This document shows positions 48,643 to 57,208 of a DNA stretch of 64,000 nt, piece by piece. The translations under genes were made by a program, and so were the position numbers. The notes below the pieces were generated by a model. It saw only the letters and a program-made list of their open reading frames with translations. It was not told where the DNA came from and ran no database searches. The number at the start of each line of letters is the position of its first letter. The first letter of the stretch is position 1. Origin of the DNA: a virus (taxonomy: Duplodnaviria > Caudoviricetes); IMG/VR virus record IMGVR_UViG_3300033121_002193, positions 1-64,000 of that record; one strand, given 5' to 3'.

Positions 48643-48714
48643 TGTGAAAAGAAAACAATTGATATTGCAAAAAAACATGATACACTATTAACAACAAACA
48701 AGGAAACCACAAAA

Positions 48715-48954
48715 ATGAAATTCCTAATAAAAATAACTTTTAATATAATAATAAACCAAGAATATCAATACGTAGAACATTTTTGTTCTTCTTACGAAGA
48801 CATAGATGATAAATTAAACTTGTTTGATGGTAATAAAGATATTTTGTGTGTCTTCAATAAATCAGCTGTTTTAAAATACGAAGTCGAAACAATAGAAGAA
48901 GAACCACAAACAATAATAAAATCAACAAAAAGAAAATCAAAACTTTCCACTTAA
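48715..48954 (+). CDS. Hypothetical protein
   Basis: AAGGA RBS; 79 aa. Confidence 0.5.
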   Translation: MKFLIKITFNIIINQEYQYVEHFCSSYEDIDDKLNLFDGNKDILCVFNKSAVLKYEVETIEEEPQTIIKSTKRKSKLST

Positions 48955-48967
48955 TAAAAGAAAATAT

Positions 48968-49603
48968 ATGAATATTGTTTTTAAAGCGATAATCAATCAC
49001 AAATATTGTGATTTGCCAATGACTCATACAGACTTGGAAATAAAAGGAATTTATCAGCAATCTAATGAAGATATTCTTGGGCTCAATTACAAAGAAAAAA
49101 TAAGCCTTATAGAAAAAGAGAGTTATTTTGAAATTGGTTATTTCTTAAGCAAATTAATAGAAGGCGTTCCAGAATTTGTTGAATTATTGTTTTTGCCAAA
49201 AAATCAAATATTGCAAATTTCAAAAGTCTTTCATGAAATTATGCATTTCAATCATGTGTTTTTAACCAAACGTTCTATAGAAAAATTTTTAACTAGAGCG
49301 TTGAGCTATTCTACTGATTATATCATAACAAAAGACAATTTGTGTTTATTTCAATCAATAAGAATGCTTAAAATATGCAAAAATTTATTAGAAAAAAACA
49401 CAAATGATTTTTTAATTAATAATCAATTTGATTTCAATCGTCCTCATATTACAGATATTATTATTCAAGAAGTTAATTTGTTATATAAACAATTAAATTT
49501 GTCAGATTTTCCAGATGAAGTTGATAAAAACTTTACGCATACTCTTCTTTTATCTATTAGAAACGAATATGGTAATTTTTTAGAAGATAAAACAAATGAA
49601 TAA
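48968..49603 (+). CDS. Pol-beta superfamily nucleotidyltransferase-like protein, catalytic motif eroded
   Basis: Scaffold KGIYQQ...DILGL.Y...FEI..FL..L..G.P..VELLF retained; canonical GS..YG...SDxD reads NHKYC...TDLE. Confidence 0.55.
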   Translation: MNIVFKAIINHKYCDLPMTHTDLEIKGIYQQSNEDILGLNYKEKISLIEKESYFEIGYFLSKLIEGVPEFVELLFLPKNQILQISKVFHEIMHFNHVFLTKRSIEKFLTRALSYSTDYIITKDNLCLFQSIRMLKICKNLLEKNTNDFLINNQFDFNRPHITDIIIQEVNLLYKQLNLSDFPDEVDKNFTHTLLLSIRNEYGNFLEDKTNE

Positions 49604-49668
49604 AACAAGAAATAAATTAACTTTATCCGATGCATTAAATGAACAATTTAATTTAGGCACCTATATAC

Positions 49669-49697
49669 TTGTTTAACCCAAAATAATTTGATATAAA
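49669..49697 (+). promoter_or_regulatory. Transposase promoter, -35 inside the left TIR
   Basis: TTGTTT-17 bp-TATAAA with TGn extension, 7 nt before ATG 49705. Confidence 0.5.
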
Positions 49698-49704
49698 AAC
49701 CGTT

Positions 49705-50622
49705 ATGGAATTCACGAATCTCATAGAAGTGACTGAATACTTTTCAGACAAGCAGAAATGCATTGAGTATTTGACTCACATGAGATGGGCCAATGGTGTG
49801 CAATGTGTTTTTTGTGCCAATGAAAAAGTTTACGAATTAAAAGGTGAAAACAAGCGATACAAATGTGCCAAGTGCAGGAAGCAGTTTTCAGCCATTAAAG
49901 GCACCATTTTTGAAAACAGCCCAATTTCTCTGCAAAAATGGTTTTTGGCGGTTTACATTCTCACGTCTTATAAAAAAGGCATCAGCTCTGTTCAATTAGC
50001 CAGTGATTTAGGTGTGACTCAAAAAACCGCCTGGTTCATGGCTCAAAGAATCAGGTATGCCTTAAAAGTAAAATCCTTTGATTCACAATTAGAAGGCCCT
50101 GTCCAATGTGACGAAACGTTTATAGGCGGCAAAAATAAGAACAGGCATGCTGATAAAAAGGTACCTGAATCACAGGGTAGAAGCCTCAAAGACAAAACGC
50201 CTGTTTTTGGTGTTTTACAAACAGGTGGCCAATTGCATACGTCTGTCGTGCCAGATACCAAAGCTTCCACGTTAAAACCCATCATTAAAGAGCTGGTTAG
50301 AAACGGTTCTATTATTGTCACTGATGAGTGGACTGCTTACCAAAACCTGTCAAAAGATTACGATCACGTTGTCATTAATCACAAAAAACGTGAATATGTT
50401 AAAGGTGTACATCACATCAACGGCATAGAAGGGTTTTGGAGCGTCTTTAAAAGGGGTATTTACGGAATTTATCACCAAGTAAGCCCTAAACATTTGCACC
50501 GTTATTGTGATGAATTTGCGTTTAGGTACAACACCAAAAATTTGAACAACACCTGCAAATTTGATCTGTCATTAAAACGGACAGACTGCAGGTTGACCTA
50601 TAAGAACTTAATCTCTAAGTGA
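49705..50622 (+). CDS. IS1595-family transposase
   Basis: Zn ribbon CVFC...CAKC, GISSVQLA...QKTAW HTH, DETFIGG, TDEW, HINGIEGFWS, HLHRYCDEF. Confidence 0.97.
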   Translation: MEFTNLIEVTEYFSDKQKCIEYLTHMRWANGVQCVFCANEKVYELKGENKRYKCAKCRKQFSAIKGTIFENSPISLQKWFLAVYILTSYKKGISSVQLASDLGVTQKTAWFMAQRIRYALKVKSFDSQLEGPVQCDETFIGGKNKNRHADKKVPESQGRSLKDKTPVFGVLQTGGQLHTSVVPDTKASTLKPIIKELVRNGSIIVTDEWTAYQNLSKDYDHVVINHKKREYVKGVHHINGIEGFWSVFKRGIYGIYHQVSPKHLHRYCDEFAFRYNTKNLNNTCKFDLSLKRTDCRLTYKNLISK

Positions 50623-50674
50623 GATGAATATTTATTTTTAAAATATTTTTTAGGAAAAATTTAAACTAGCCAGT

Positions 50675-52672
50675 ATGTCACAAGTGAAAGATAATTCCCC
50701 ACTCAATTTAAATTTGGCGTCTCATGATGTTCTTGCTGAGCGTATTGAGAAACTAAAAGCGTTAATGCCCGAAGTTTTTACCGAGGGCAAGATTGATTTC
50801 GATCAGCTCAAACGATTCTTGGGTGAATGGGTTGAGCCCGGCAAAGAACGCTTTGGCCTGCAATGGCCTGGTAAAGCTGATTGTATAAAGATCATCCAGC
50901 AAACCAGCGTTGCCACACTGAAACCCTGTCGAGAAGAATCCGTCAACTTTGATGAAACAGAAAACGTATTTATTGAAGGTGAAAATCTTGAAGTTTTAAA
51001 ACTTTTACAGAAGGCCTACTTTGGCAAGATCAAAATGATATACATTGATCCGCCTTACAATACAGGCAAAGAATTCATCTATCCCGACAAATATTCTGAA
51101 ACGCTCGAGTCCTACCTTGCTTATACTGGCCAAGTTGATGATGAAGGGAAAAATTTTTCAACTGATAAAGACGCACAGGGACGTTTTCATACACGTTGGC
51201 TAAACATGATGTATCCACGTCTGCTTCTTGCGCGAAATTTACTCAGAGAAGATGGAGTGATTTTTATCTCTATCGATGACAATGAATTCAGTAATCTTGA
51301 AAATTTATGTAATGAAATCTTTGGTGAAGAAAATCACTTAACAACACTTCATATAAAGGTCAGGTATGAGGGTAAAACATTGGTAGAAGATATGGATTTT
51401 CAAAAGCTTGTTGAGCAAGTTTTAGTCTACGCAAAATCAAAGGCGCAGGTTAAATTGAACAAGCCGAGAAGTTCATACTCTTTTGATAAATTCAGATACA
51501 AAATCATTGAAAAAGGAGTTCCTAAAACAATTAACCTTGGCGGAAAAAAAGTAGAGATATTTTCTAGCAGCCAATTTGAAATTATAGATGCTGGCCCTTC
51601 TAAAGAAAATCTCAAAGAAATATGGGCTTCAGGAAAGATTTTGGATGGGAATTCATCTGGCAGGTTTTTCCGGGATTATCTATCCGGAAGAAGTGAAACC
51701 GACGGCTTAGGTGTACTTTATAAAGTACACGAGATAGGCAGTGATAATCTGTCGTATAGGTACTTTACAGGACCGAAGAGAGAGAGTGCTACAAAGGGAA
51801 GATATTATCAAGGTGTTCCATCGGATGTATTAATTGAAGAGCGGACTGAGCGGGCAATGCCAATAACAACGTTTTATGACTTCGCTGACAACTTTGGAAA
51901 TTGTAGACATGAGGGAAATATAGATTTTCGTGACGGGAAAAAACCCGTCGAATTTTTAAAAACTCTTATCAATTTGATCCATCATGATTCTGATGAGATA
52001 CTGTTGGACTTTTTCGCTGGTTCGGGATCGTTCGCGCATGCAGTATTAGATTTTGCCCAGGAACACGATCTTCGACTCAAGACTATTTCTATACAATTAC
52101 CGGAACCTCTTAAAGAAGAAGGTGAAAGTTCTAAAATTGGCTTTAAGACCATAGCAGATATAGGTAAAGAGCGTTTCCGTAGGGTTATCGGCAAATTGGC
52201 GAACAGCCTTGATGGGCAATTACGATTCTCGAAAAATAAATTTGATCTTGGTTTTAAAGTTTTCAAGCTTGATCGATCCAATTTCAAAATTTGGGAGCAT
52301 CATTCGGAAAAAGCCGACAACTTTGTTGAGCAACTCTCCCTATATGTAGATCATATTGATCCCCAAAGTACCCCTGAAGCTCTCCTTTACGAATTACTCC
52401 TTAAATCGGGCTTTCCACTGACTGCGACGGTTAACCAAATCACCTTGGCGGGCAAACAGGTTTTCTCAATTGATAGTGGCAAGATGTTGCTGTGTTTTGA
52501 GGATCCGATCAAAGAAGAAACCCTTTTAGAGATGCTAAAGCATCAGCCTGCAATAATGGTTGCACTTGATAAGGCCTTTCATGGCAACGATCAGTTAAAA
52601 ACTAACATTAAGTTACAAGCTGAAGCCATAGGTGAATCTGAACACGGCCGAGTGTTATTTAAGACGGTATAA
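50675..52672 (+). CDS. mod: Type III R-M methyltransferase subunit
   Basis: FIEGENLEVLKLL, IYIDPPYNTG, KKP..L, LDFFAGSGS (beta-class order). Confidence 0.93.
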   Translation: MSQVKDNSPLNLNLASHDVLAERIEKLKALMPEVFTEGKIDFDQLKRFLGEWVEPGKERFGLQWPGKADCIKIIQQTSVATLKPCREESVNFDETENVFIEGENLEVLKLLQKAYFGKIKMIYIDPPYNTGKEFIYPDKYSETLESYLAYTGQVDDEGKNFSTDKDAQGRFHTRWLNMMYPRLLLARNLLREDGVIFISIDDNEFSNLENLCNEIFGEENHLTTLHIKVRYEGKTLVEDMDFQKLVEQVLVYAKSKAQVKLNKPRSSYSFDKFRYKIIEKGVPKTINLGGKKVEIFSSSQFEIIDAGPSKENLKEIWASGKILDGNSSGRFFRDYLSGRSETDGLGVLYKVHEIGSDNLSYRYFTGPKRESATKGRYYQGVPSDVLIEERTERAMPITTFYDFADNFGNCRHEGNIDFRDGKKPVEFLKTLINLIHHDSDEILLDFFAGSGSFAHAVLDFAQEHDLRLKTISIQLPEPLKEEGESSKIGFKTIADIGKERFRRVIGKLANSLDGQLRFSKNKFDLGFKVFKLDRSNFKIWEHHSEKADNFVEQLSLYVDHIDPQSTPEALLYELLLKSGFPLTATVNQITLAGKQVFSIDSGKMLLCFEDPIKEETLLEMLKHQPAIMVALDKAFHGNDQLKTNIKLQAEAIGESEHGRVLFKTV

Positions 52673-52682
52673 GGAATTTAGA

Positions 52683-55412
52683 ATGAAAATTAAATTTGAT
52701 GCCTCCCAACAATACCAGCTCGACGCTATTCAATCAGTTGTAAATTTGTTTAATGGCCAACCTATGGCCGGGCAGGAATTTAGAATCAACTCCGTGTTCG
52801 GTTCGTTAAGCATGCCGCACTCCGCACTTGGCTTTGGTAACCGCCTGATTTTGTCAGATGCTAAGCTATTGGAAAATCTTCATGCCGTGCAAGCAAAAAA
52901 TGGTCTTAACCTCTCAGAAAAACTTTTAGGAGAGAGTGTCGAATACGACGCCCAAAATCTCGAATATCGGCTTACCAGCAACGCCAGAGAGAATGGCTGG
53001 TGTGTTCCACATTTTTCCGTTGAAATGGAAACGGGCACAGGCAAGACTTATGTTTATTTACGTAGTATTTTTGAGTTGCATAAAAATTATGGTTTTACCA
53101 AGTTCATTATCGTTGTGCCGACTGTGGCGATTCGTGAAGGCGTTAAAGCCAGTATTGACCTCACAGCTGAACATTTCAAAACGCTTTACGACAACACTCC
53201 ACTCAATCATTGGATTTATGATTCCAAATATGCTTCACGCTTACGTGATTATGCTGCTAGCAATCAAATTCAAATTCTAATCATTAATATCGATGCTTTT
53301 AATAAAAAGGATATCGCAGTCATCCATAACGAACGCGATCAGACATCGGGCAGGAAACCTATTGAGTTTATTCAAGCATGTAATCCTATCGTTATTATTG
53401 ACGAGCCCCAAAATATGGAGTCCGAGATCGCTAGACGAGCGATTACCAGTCTCAATCCGCTTTGTACACTACGCTATTCTGCAACTCACCTTAATCCGTA
53501 CAATGTTGTTTATCGGCTTGGACCTGTAAAAGCCTACGATTTAGGCTTGGTGAAGCGGATCGAAGTTAATTCTATCCTAGAAGAATCCAATTTCAGCAAA
53601 CCTTTTATTCATGTGCAGAGCATACAAAATACCAGCAAGAACAAGATTGTTGCCAAGTTGATTGTTGACGTTGAAGAAAAATTAGGACCACAGCGCAAAA
53701 CCATCAAGGTTGAAAAGCGTGGCGATGACCTTCATCAACTGACAAAGCGTGAGGCTTATAAAGGTTATTTCGTTGAAGAAATTCGTACTGACTATAAAAT
53801 CATTTCCTTCTCCAACGGTGTGACTCTCACAGAAGGACAAATTCACGGCGAACGAATTGATGATCGCTTGCGTATCCAAATTAAGGAAACGGTTAAGGAA
53901 CATTTTGAAAAAGAACTTTATATTTCTAAGCTATCCGAAAGCCAACGACTCAAAGTGCTATCGTTATTTTTTATCGATCGTGTATCAAATTATCGTTTAG
54001 ATAATGGAGGTAAAGGCAAAATCGCCCTTTGGTTTGAAGAAGCTTACGAAGAACTCCGCCATCATGACCGCTATAAATTCTTAGATTTGCCCTCAGTCGA
54101 CAAGGTTCATGACGGATATTTCGCTCAGGATAAAAAAGGCAATTATAAGGATTCGAGGGAAACCACTGAAAATCAGGAAGATCGCGATACTTATGTTGTT
54201 ATCATGAAGGATAAGATGCGTTTGTTGTCCTTTGCTGAGCCATTAAAATTCATCTTTAGTCATAGCGCGCTGCGCGAAGGTTGGGACAATCCTAATGTCT
54301 TTCAGATTTGCACGCTAAATGAAACACGTTCTGAGTTTAAAAAGCGTCAGGAAATTGGCCGTGGCCTCCGTCTTCCTGTGCGAGTGAATGGAGAGCGCTG
54401 TTTTGATAACGTTATTAATCGCCTTACTGTTATTGCCAACGAAAGTTACGATGATTTTGCACGTAACCTGCAAACTGAAATCGAAAAAGAAACGGGTGAG
54501 AAATTTGAAGGACGCATTAGAAATGTGCGGAGTCGCCGACGCGTCCAACTTAAAAAAGGGTGGCGTTTGGATCAGAACTTTGTTGAAATCTGGAATCGTA
54601 TTAAGCACAAAACACGTTATGCAGTTAGGTACTCAACTGAAGAACTTATCGAAAAGAGCGCTAAAGAACTATCCAAGAGCAAACCTATCTCTACTCCTAA
54701 ATTTACCATTCGCAAAAGCGAAATTATTACTACAAAGTCAGGTTTAGAGACTGAACTGCGCTCAGCTCGTGAAGAATTTATTGAATATTTTCACACTCAA
54801 GTTCCTGATTTAATTGGTTACCTTCAATCAAAGACAGAATTGACTCGTGGGACTTTAGCTAAAATCATTATTGAATCAGGACGTATTTCGGAAATTCACA
54901 AAAATCCTCAAAAATTCTTAGAACAAGCCTTAGAAGCCATCCAGCGAACATTGCGCAAGCTTATGGTTGACGGCATTAAGTATGAAAAAATTGATGGTGA
55001 TGAGTATGCAATGATGTTGTTTGAAGAACATTATGAACACAAGGAAATTTATAGTTATCTGGATCGTTTGATAGCTGTTGATCATTCAATTGTTAATTAT
55101 CTTGAATACGAATCAGAAATAGAGAAAAATTTTGCTGAGGCGTTAGATAAGCGTTCTGATATTAAATTGTTTTTCAAATTGCCTAGATGGTTTTTCGTTA
55201 AAACGCCCCTAGGAAATTACAATCCAGATTGGGCCATTGTGAAAGAAGAACAGGGTAAGTTTTTTAAATTATACCTCGTACGTGAAACAAAAGGAAAAAC
55301 AAGCAAGTCTGAATTACGCTCAAGTGAAGAGATGAAAATTGATTGTGGTTCTGCACACTTCAAAGAATTGAATGTCGATTTTGGCTGGATAGAAAATGCA
55401 GAGCAAATTTAG
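52683..55412 (+). CDS. res: Type III restriction endonuclease/helicase subunit
   Basis: METGTGKT, DEPQ, YSAT, LREGWDNPNVFQIC, QEIGRGLR, YNPDW...ETK; AAGGA RBS before ATG 52683. Confidence 0.93.
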   Translation: MKIKFDASQQYQLDAIQSVVNLFNGQPMAGQEFRINSVFGSLSMPHSALGFGNRLILSDAKLLENLHAVQAKNGLNLSEKLLGESVEYDAQNLEYRLTSNARENGWCVPHFSVEMETGTGKTYVYLRSIFELHKNYGFTKFIIVVPTVAIREGVKASIDLTAEHFKTLYDNTPLNHWIYDSKYASRLRDYAASNQIQILIINIDAFNKKDIAVIHNERDQTSGRKPIEFIQACNPIVIIDEPQNMESEIARRAITSLNPLCTLRYSATHLNPYNVVYRLGPVKAYDLGLVKRIEVNSILEESNFSKPFIHVQSIQNTSKNKIVAKLIVDVEEKLGPQRKTIKVEKRGDDLHQLTKREAYKGYFVEEIRTDYKIISFSNGVTLTEGQIHGERIDDRLRIQIKETVKEHFEKELYISKLSESQRLKVLSLFFIDRVSNYRLDNGGKGKIALWFEEAYEELRHHDRYKFLDLPSVDKVHDGYFAQDKKGNYKDSRETTENQEDRDTYVVIMKDKMRLLSFAEPLKFIFSHSALREGWDNPNVFQICTLNETRSEFKKRQEIGRGLRLPVRVNGERCFDNVINRLTVIANESYDDFARNLQTEIEKETGEKFEGRIRNVRSRRRVQLKKGWRLDQNFVEIWNRIKHKTRYAVRYSTEELIEKSAKELSKSKPISTPKFTIRKSEIITTKSGLETELRSAREEFIEYFHTQVPDLIGYLQSKTELTRGTLAKIIIESGRISEIHKNPQKFLEQALEAIQRTLRKLMVDGIKYEKIDGDEYAMMLFEEHYEHKEIYSYLDRLIAVDHSIVNYLEYESEIEKNFAEALDKRSDIKLFFKLPRWFFVKTPLGNYNPDWAIVKEEQGKFFKLYLVRETKGKTSKSELRSSEEMKIDCGSAHFKELNVDFGWIENAEQI

Positions 55413-55419
55413 AAAACCC

Positions 55420-55557
55420 ATGAAAACCCAAACCAAACACCCATCTAAAAAATCCAGCAAATTGTCTGCTTTTGAAGCAGCCATGATTAAAATTGCTCAG
55501 ACTCCTAAAAAAGACGTTGAAAAAGCCATTGCTCAAGATAAGAAAAAGAAAAACTGA
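55420..55557 (+). CDS. 45-aa basic peptide at right end of IS1595 element (not in ORF track)
   Basis: MKTQTKHPSKKSSKLSAFEAAMIKIAQTPKKDVEKAIAQDKKKKN. Confidence 0.5.
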   Translation: MKTQTKHPSKKSSKLSAFEAAMIKIAQTPKKDVEKAIAQDKKKKN

Positions 55558-56001
55558 AGGACTTGAGATCTGGGAATTTTTGGTTTGATTTGAATTTGTT
55601 TTGAATAGTCTGTTTGATAATTGGGTTAAACAGGTATGTAGGTGCCTTAATTTAATTCAAGGATTAATAGTCGGAATAAATCCGCAAGAGACTATATGGA
55701 TTTGCACTTGTTGTAATCAAATTCATAAACCTATTGATGTATGTGCTTTAGCTCCTCGTGGATTATATAACTTGTACAAAAAAGAAAAAAGAGAAATTTG
55801 GGAGAATTTTTCAAATGCTTACAGTACATCAAATAATAATGAATTATGGTGTCTTTCTTGTGCTCCTAAGAACAAAAAAATAAAAGTAAAATCTATTGTT
55901 TTGAGTTTTTTATTTGTTTTTTTTCAAAAAAATATTGATTAGTATTTCAATAATTGCTAACTATTTTCTTAACAATAAAGCTGAATAAATGGAGATGAAA
56001 A

Positions 56002-56280
56002 ATGTTTAAAGATAATGAAGATAAGAATAAAATTTTCAGTATAAACGAACTAAAAGATAATTTATATAAAGAACTAAATTGTAATAAAGATAACTTACAA
56101 ATAAGTTTTTCGTTTCCAAAAACACAAGAAACAAAAATTACTTTTAAAGGCTTGATTTCAGAGTTGAAGAAAGTACAAAATCATTTTTTTTTAAAAAAAA
56201 CATATCAAACCATGGAAATTAATTTTACAAAAGGAAAAAACTCAAAAGAAAATTTTCTTATTGTTAAGAAAAAAGCATAG
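56002..56280 (+). CDS. Hypothetical protein
   Basis: GGAG RBS; 92 aa. Confidence 0.5.
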   Translation: MFKDNEDKNKIFSINELKDNLYKELNCNKDNLQISFSFPKTQETKITFKGLISELKKVQNHFFLKKTYQTMEINFTKGKNSKENFLIVKKKA

Positions 56281-56289
56281 CGAAAAAAA

Positions 56290-56649
56290 ATGAAAAGCGA
56301 AAACATAAAAATCAAAAAAGGAATTTTTACAAAAAAAGACCTTGTAAAATGGTTGGTGCAAGATAATGTTCATTTAAATTTGCACGAAATAAAAACTTTT
56401 GCAACATCTTTTATAGATGCTTTAGAATATGGAATTTTAAGCGGCAAGAGAGTTTATTTGCCTAAAATTGGTATTTTTTCTTTGCAAAATTATGTTAGTA
56501 GAAAAAAATTGCCAATGGAACTTAATTCCGATAAAATAGAAACAGAACAGTCTATAAAAATAAAATTTGAACCGTCTTCGTATTTAAAAGCAAAAGCGAG
56601 AAAAAACAAAAAACGACATTTAGATCAAAAAAGGAATTTCAATGTTTGA
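56290..56649 (+). CDS. HU/IHF-family DNA-binding protein
   Basis: TKKDLV...FIDAL...L.GKRVYLPKIGIFSL...R...IKFEPS..LK. Confidence 0.75.
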   Translation: MKSENIKIKKGIFTKKDLVKWLVQDNVHLNLHEIKTFATSFIDALEYGILSGKRVYLPKIGIFSLQNYVSRKKLPMELNSDKIETEQSIKIKFEPSSYLKAKARKNKKRHLDQKRNFNV

Positions 56650-57148
56650 TTTACAAATAAAAATTTTAGAACAAGTATTTGATTCAAGTAATAAATGGAC
56701 GATTCCGTTTATTTTACCAGAACTCAATCAAAAAACTGGATTGGATAAATACAATATTCAAGCAGAAATGTGTACAAACTTAGATGAAACTTTTTACGAG
56801 TTTTTAATTAAACTTAATACACATCCGCTTCCAACACATCCAGAAATTCAATTTGACCATTGTTTAAAACAAGAGTTGTTAAATAAATATCAAATTGATG
56901 TTTTTGCTCAAAACTATATTGATTTTAATCTATTTTTAGTTGATGATATAAAAAGAGGAGATACTTTATATAAAAACAAATTTGAAAGACCGCATGCTTT
57001 TTTTATAAGTGCTTTGAAAAGAATTGAGTTTTATTACAATAAAGGATTTCAAGATTATAGACTTTTATTCTTTTTTAAAAAACCAATAATCAATATTAAA
57101 AATGATAATTCTATACTATCGCAAACAGATCAATATTCTTTATTTTAA
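56642..57148 (+). CDS. Hypothetical protein
   Basis: 168 aa, coupled to upstream gene. Confidence 0.5.
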   Translation: MFDLQIKILEQVFDSSNKWTIPFILPELNQKTGLDKYNIQAEMCTNLDETFYEFLIKLNTHPLPTHPEIQFDHCLKQELLNKYQIDVFAQNYIDFNLFLVDDIKRGDTLYKNKFERPHAFFISALKRIEFYYNKGFQDYRLLFFFKKPIINIKNDNSILSQTDQYSLF

Positions 57149-57208
57149 AGTAAATAAAGAATACGTTATAACGCTGAATTTTTTTTTGATAAAATATTAG
57201 GAGATAAT

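Larger units (their letters stand above)
49656..55646 (+). mobile_element. IS1595-family transporter element carrying a Type III R-M system
   Basis: TIRs GGCACCTATATACTTGTTTAACCCAA / GGCACCTACATACCTGTTTAACCCAA (24/26); TSD TTAATTTA at 49648-49655 and 55647-55654; transposase inside. Confidence 0.95.
49596..55942 (+). pseudogene. 115-aa Cys-rich (Zn-binding) protein split by the IS1595 element
   Basis: Codons 1-20 (MNKTRNKLTLSDALNEQFNL, ending 49655) join in frame to IQGLIVG...CTCC...CLSC (55655-55942) after removing element and one TSD. Confidence 0.85.

Noticed and set aside
50675-52672. Phase-variable mod gene
   Set aside because: No simple-sequence repeat tract seen in the gene or upstream
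52632-52682. GTG-extended N-terminus of res
   Set aside because: Overlaps mod; ATG 52683 has an AAGGA RBS and the typical MKIKF start
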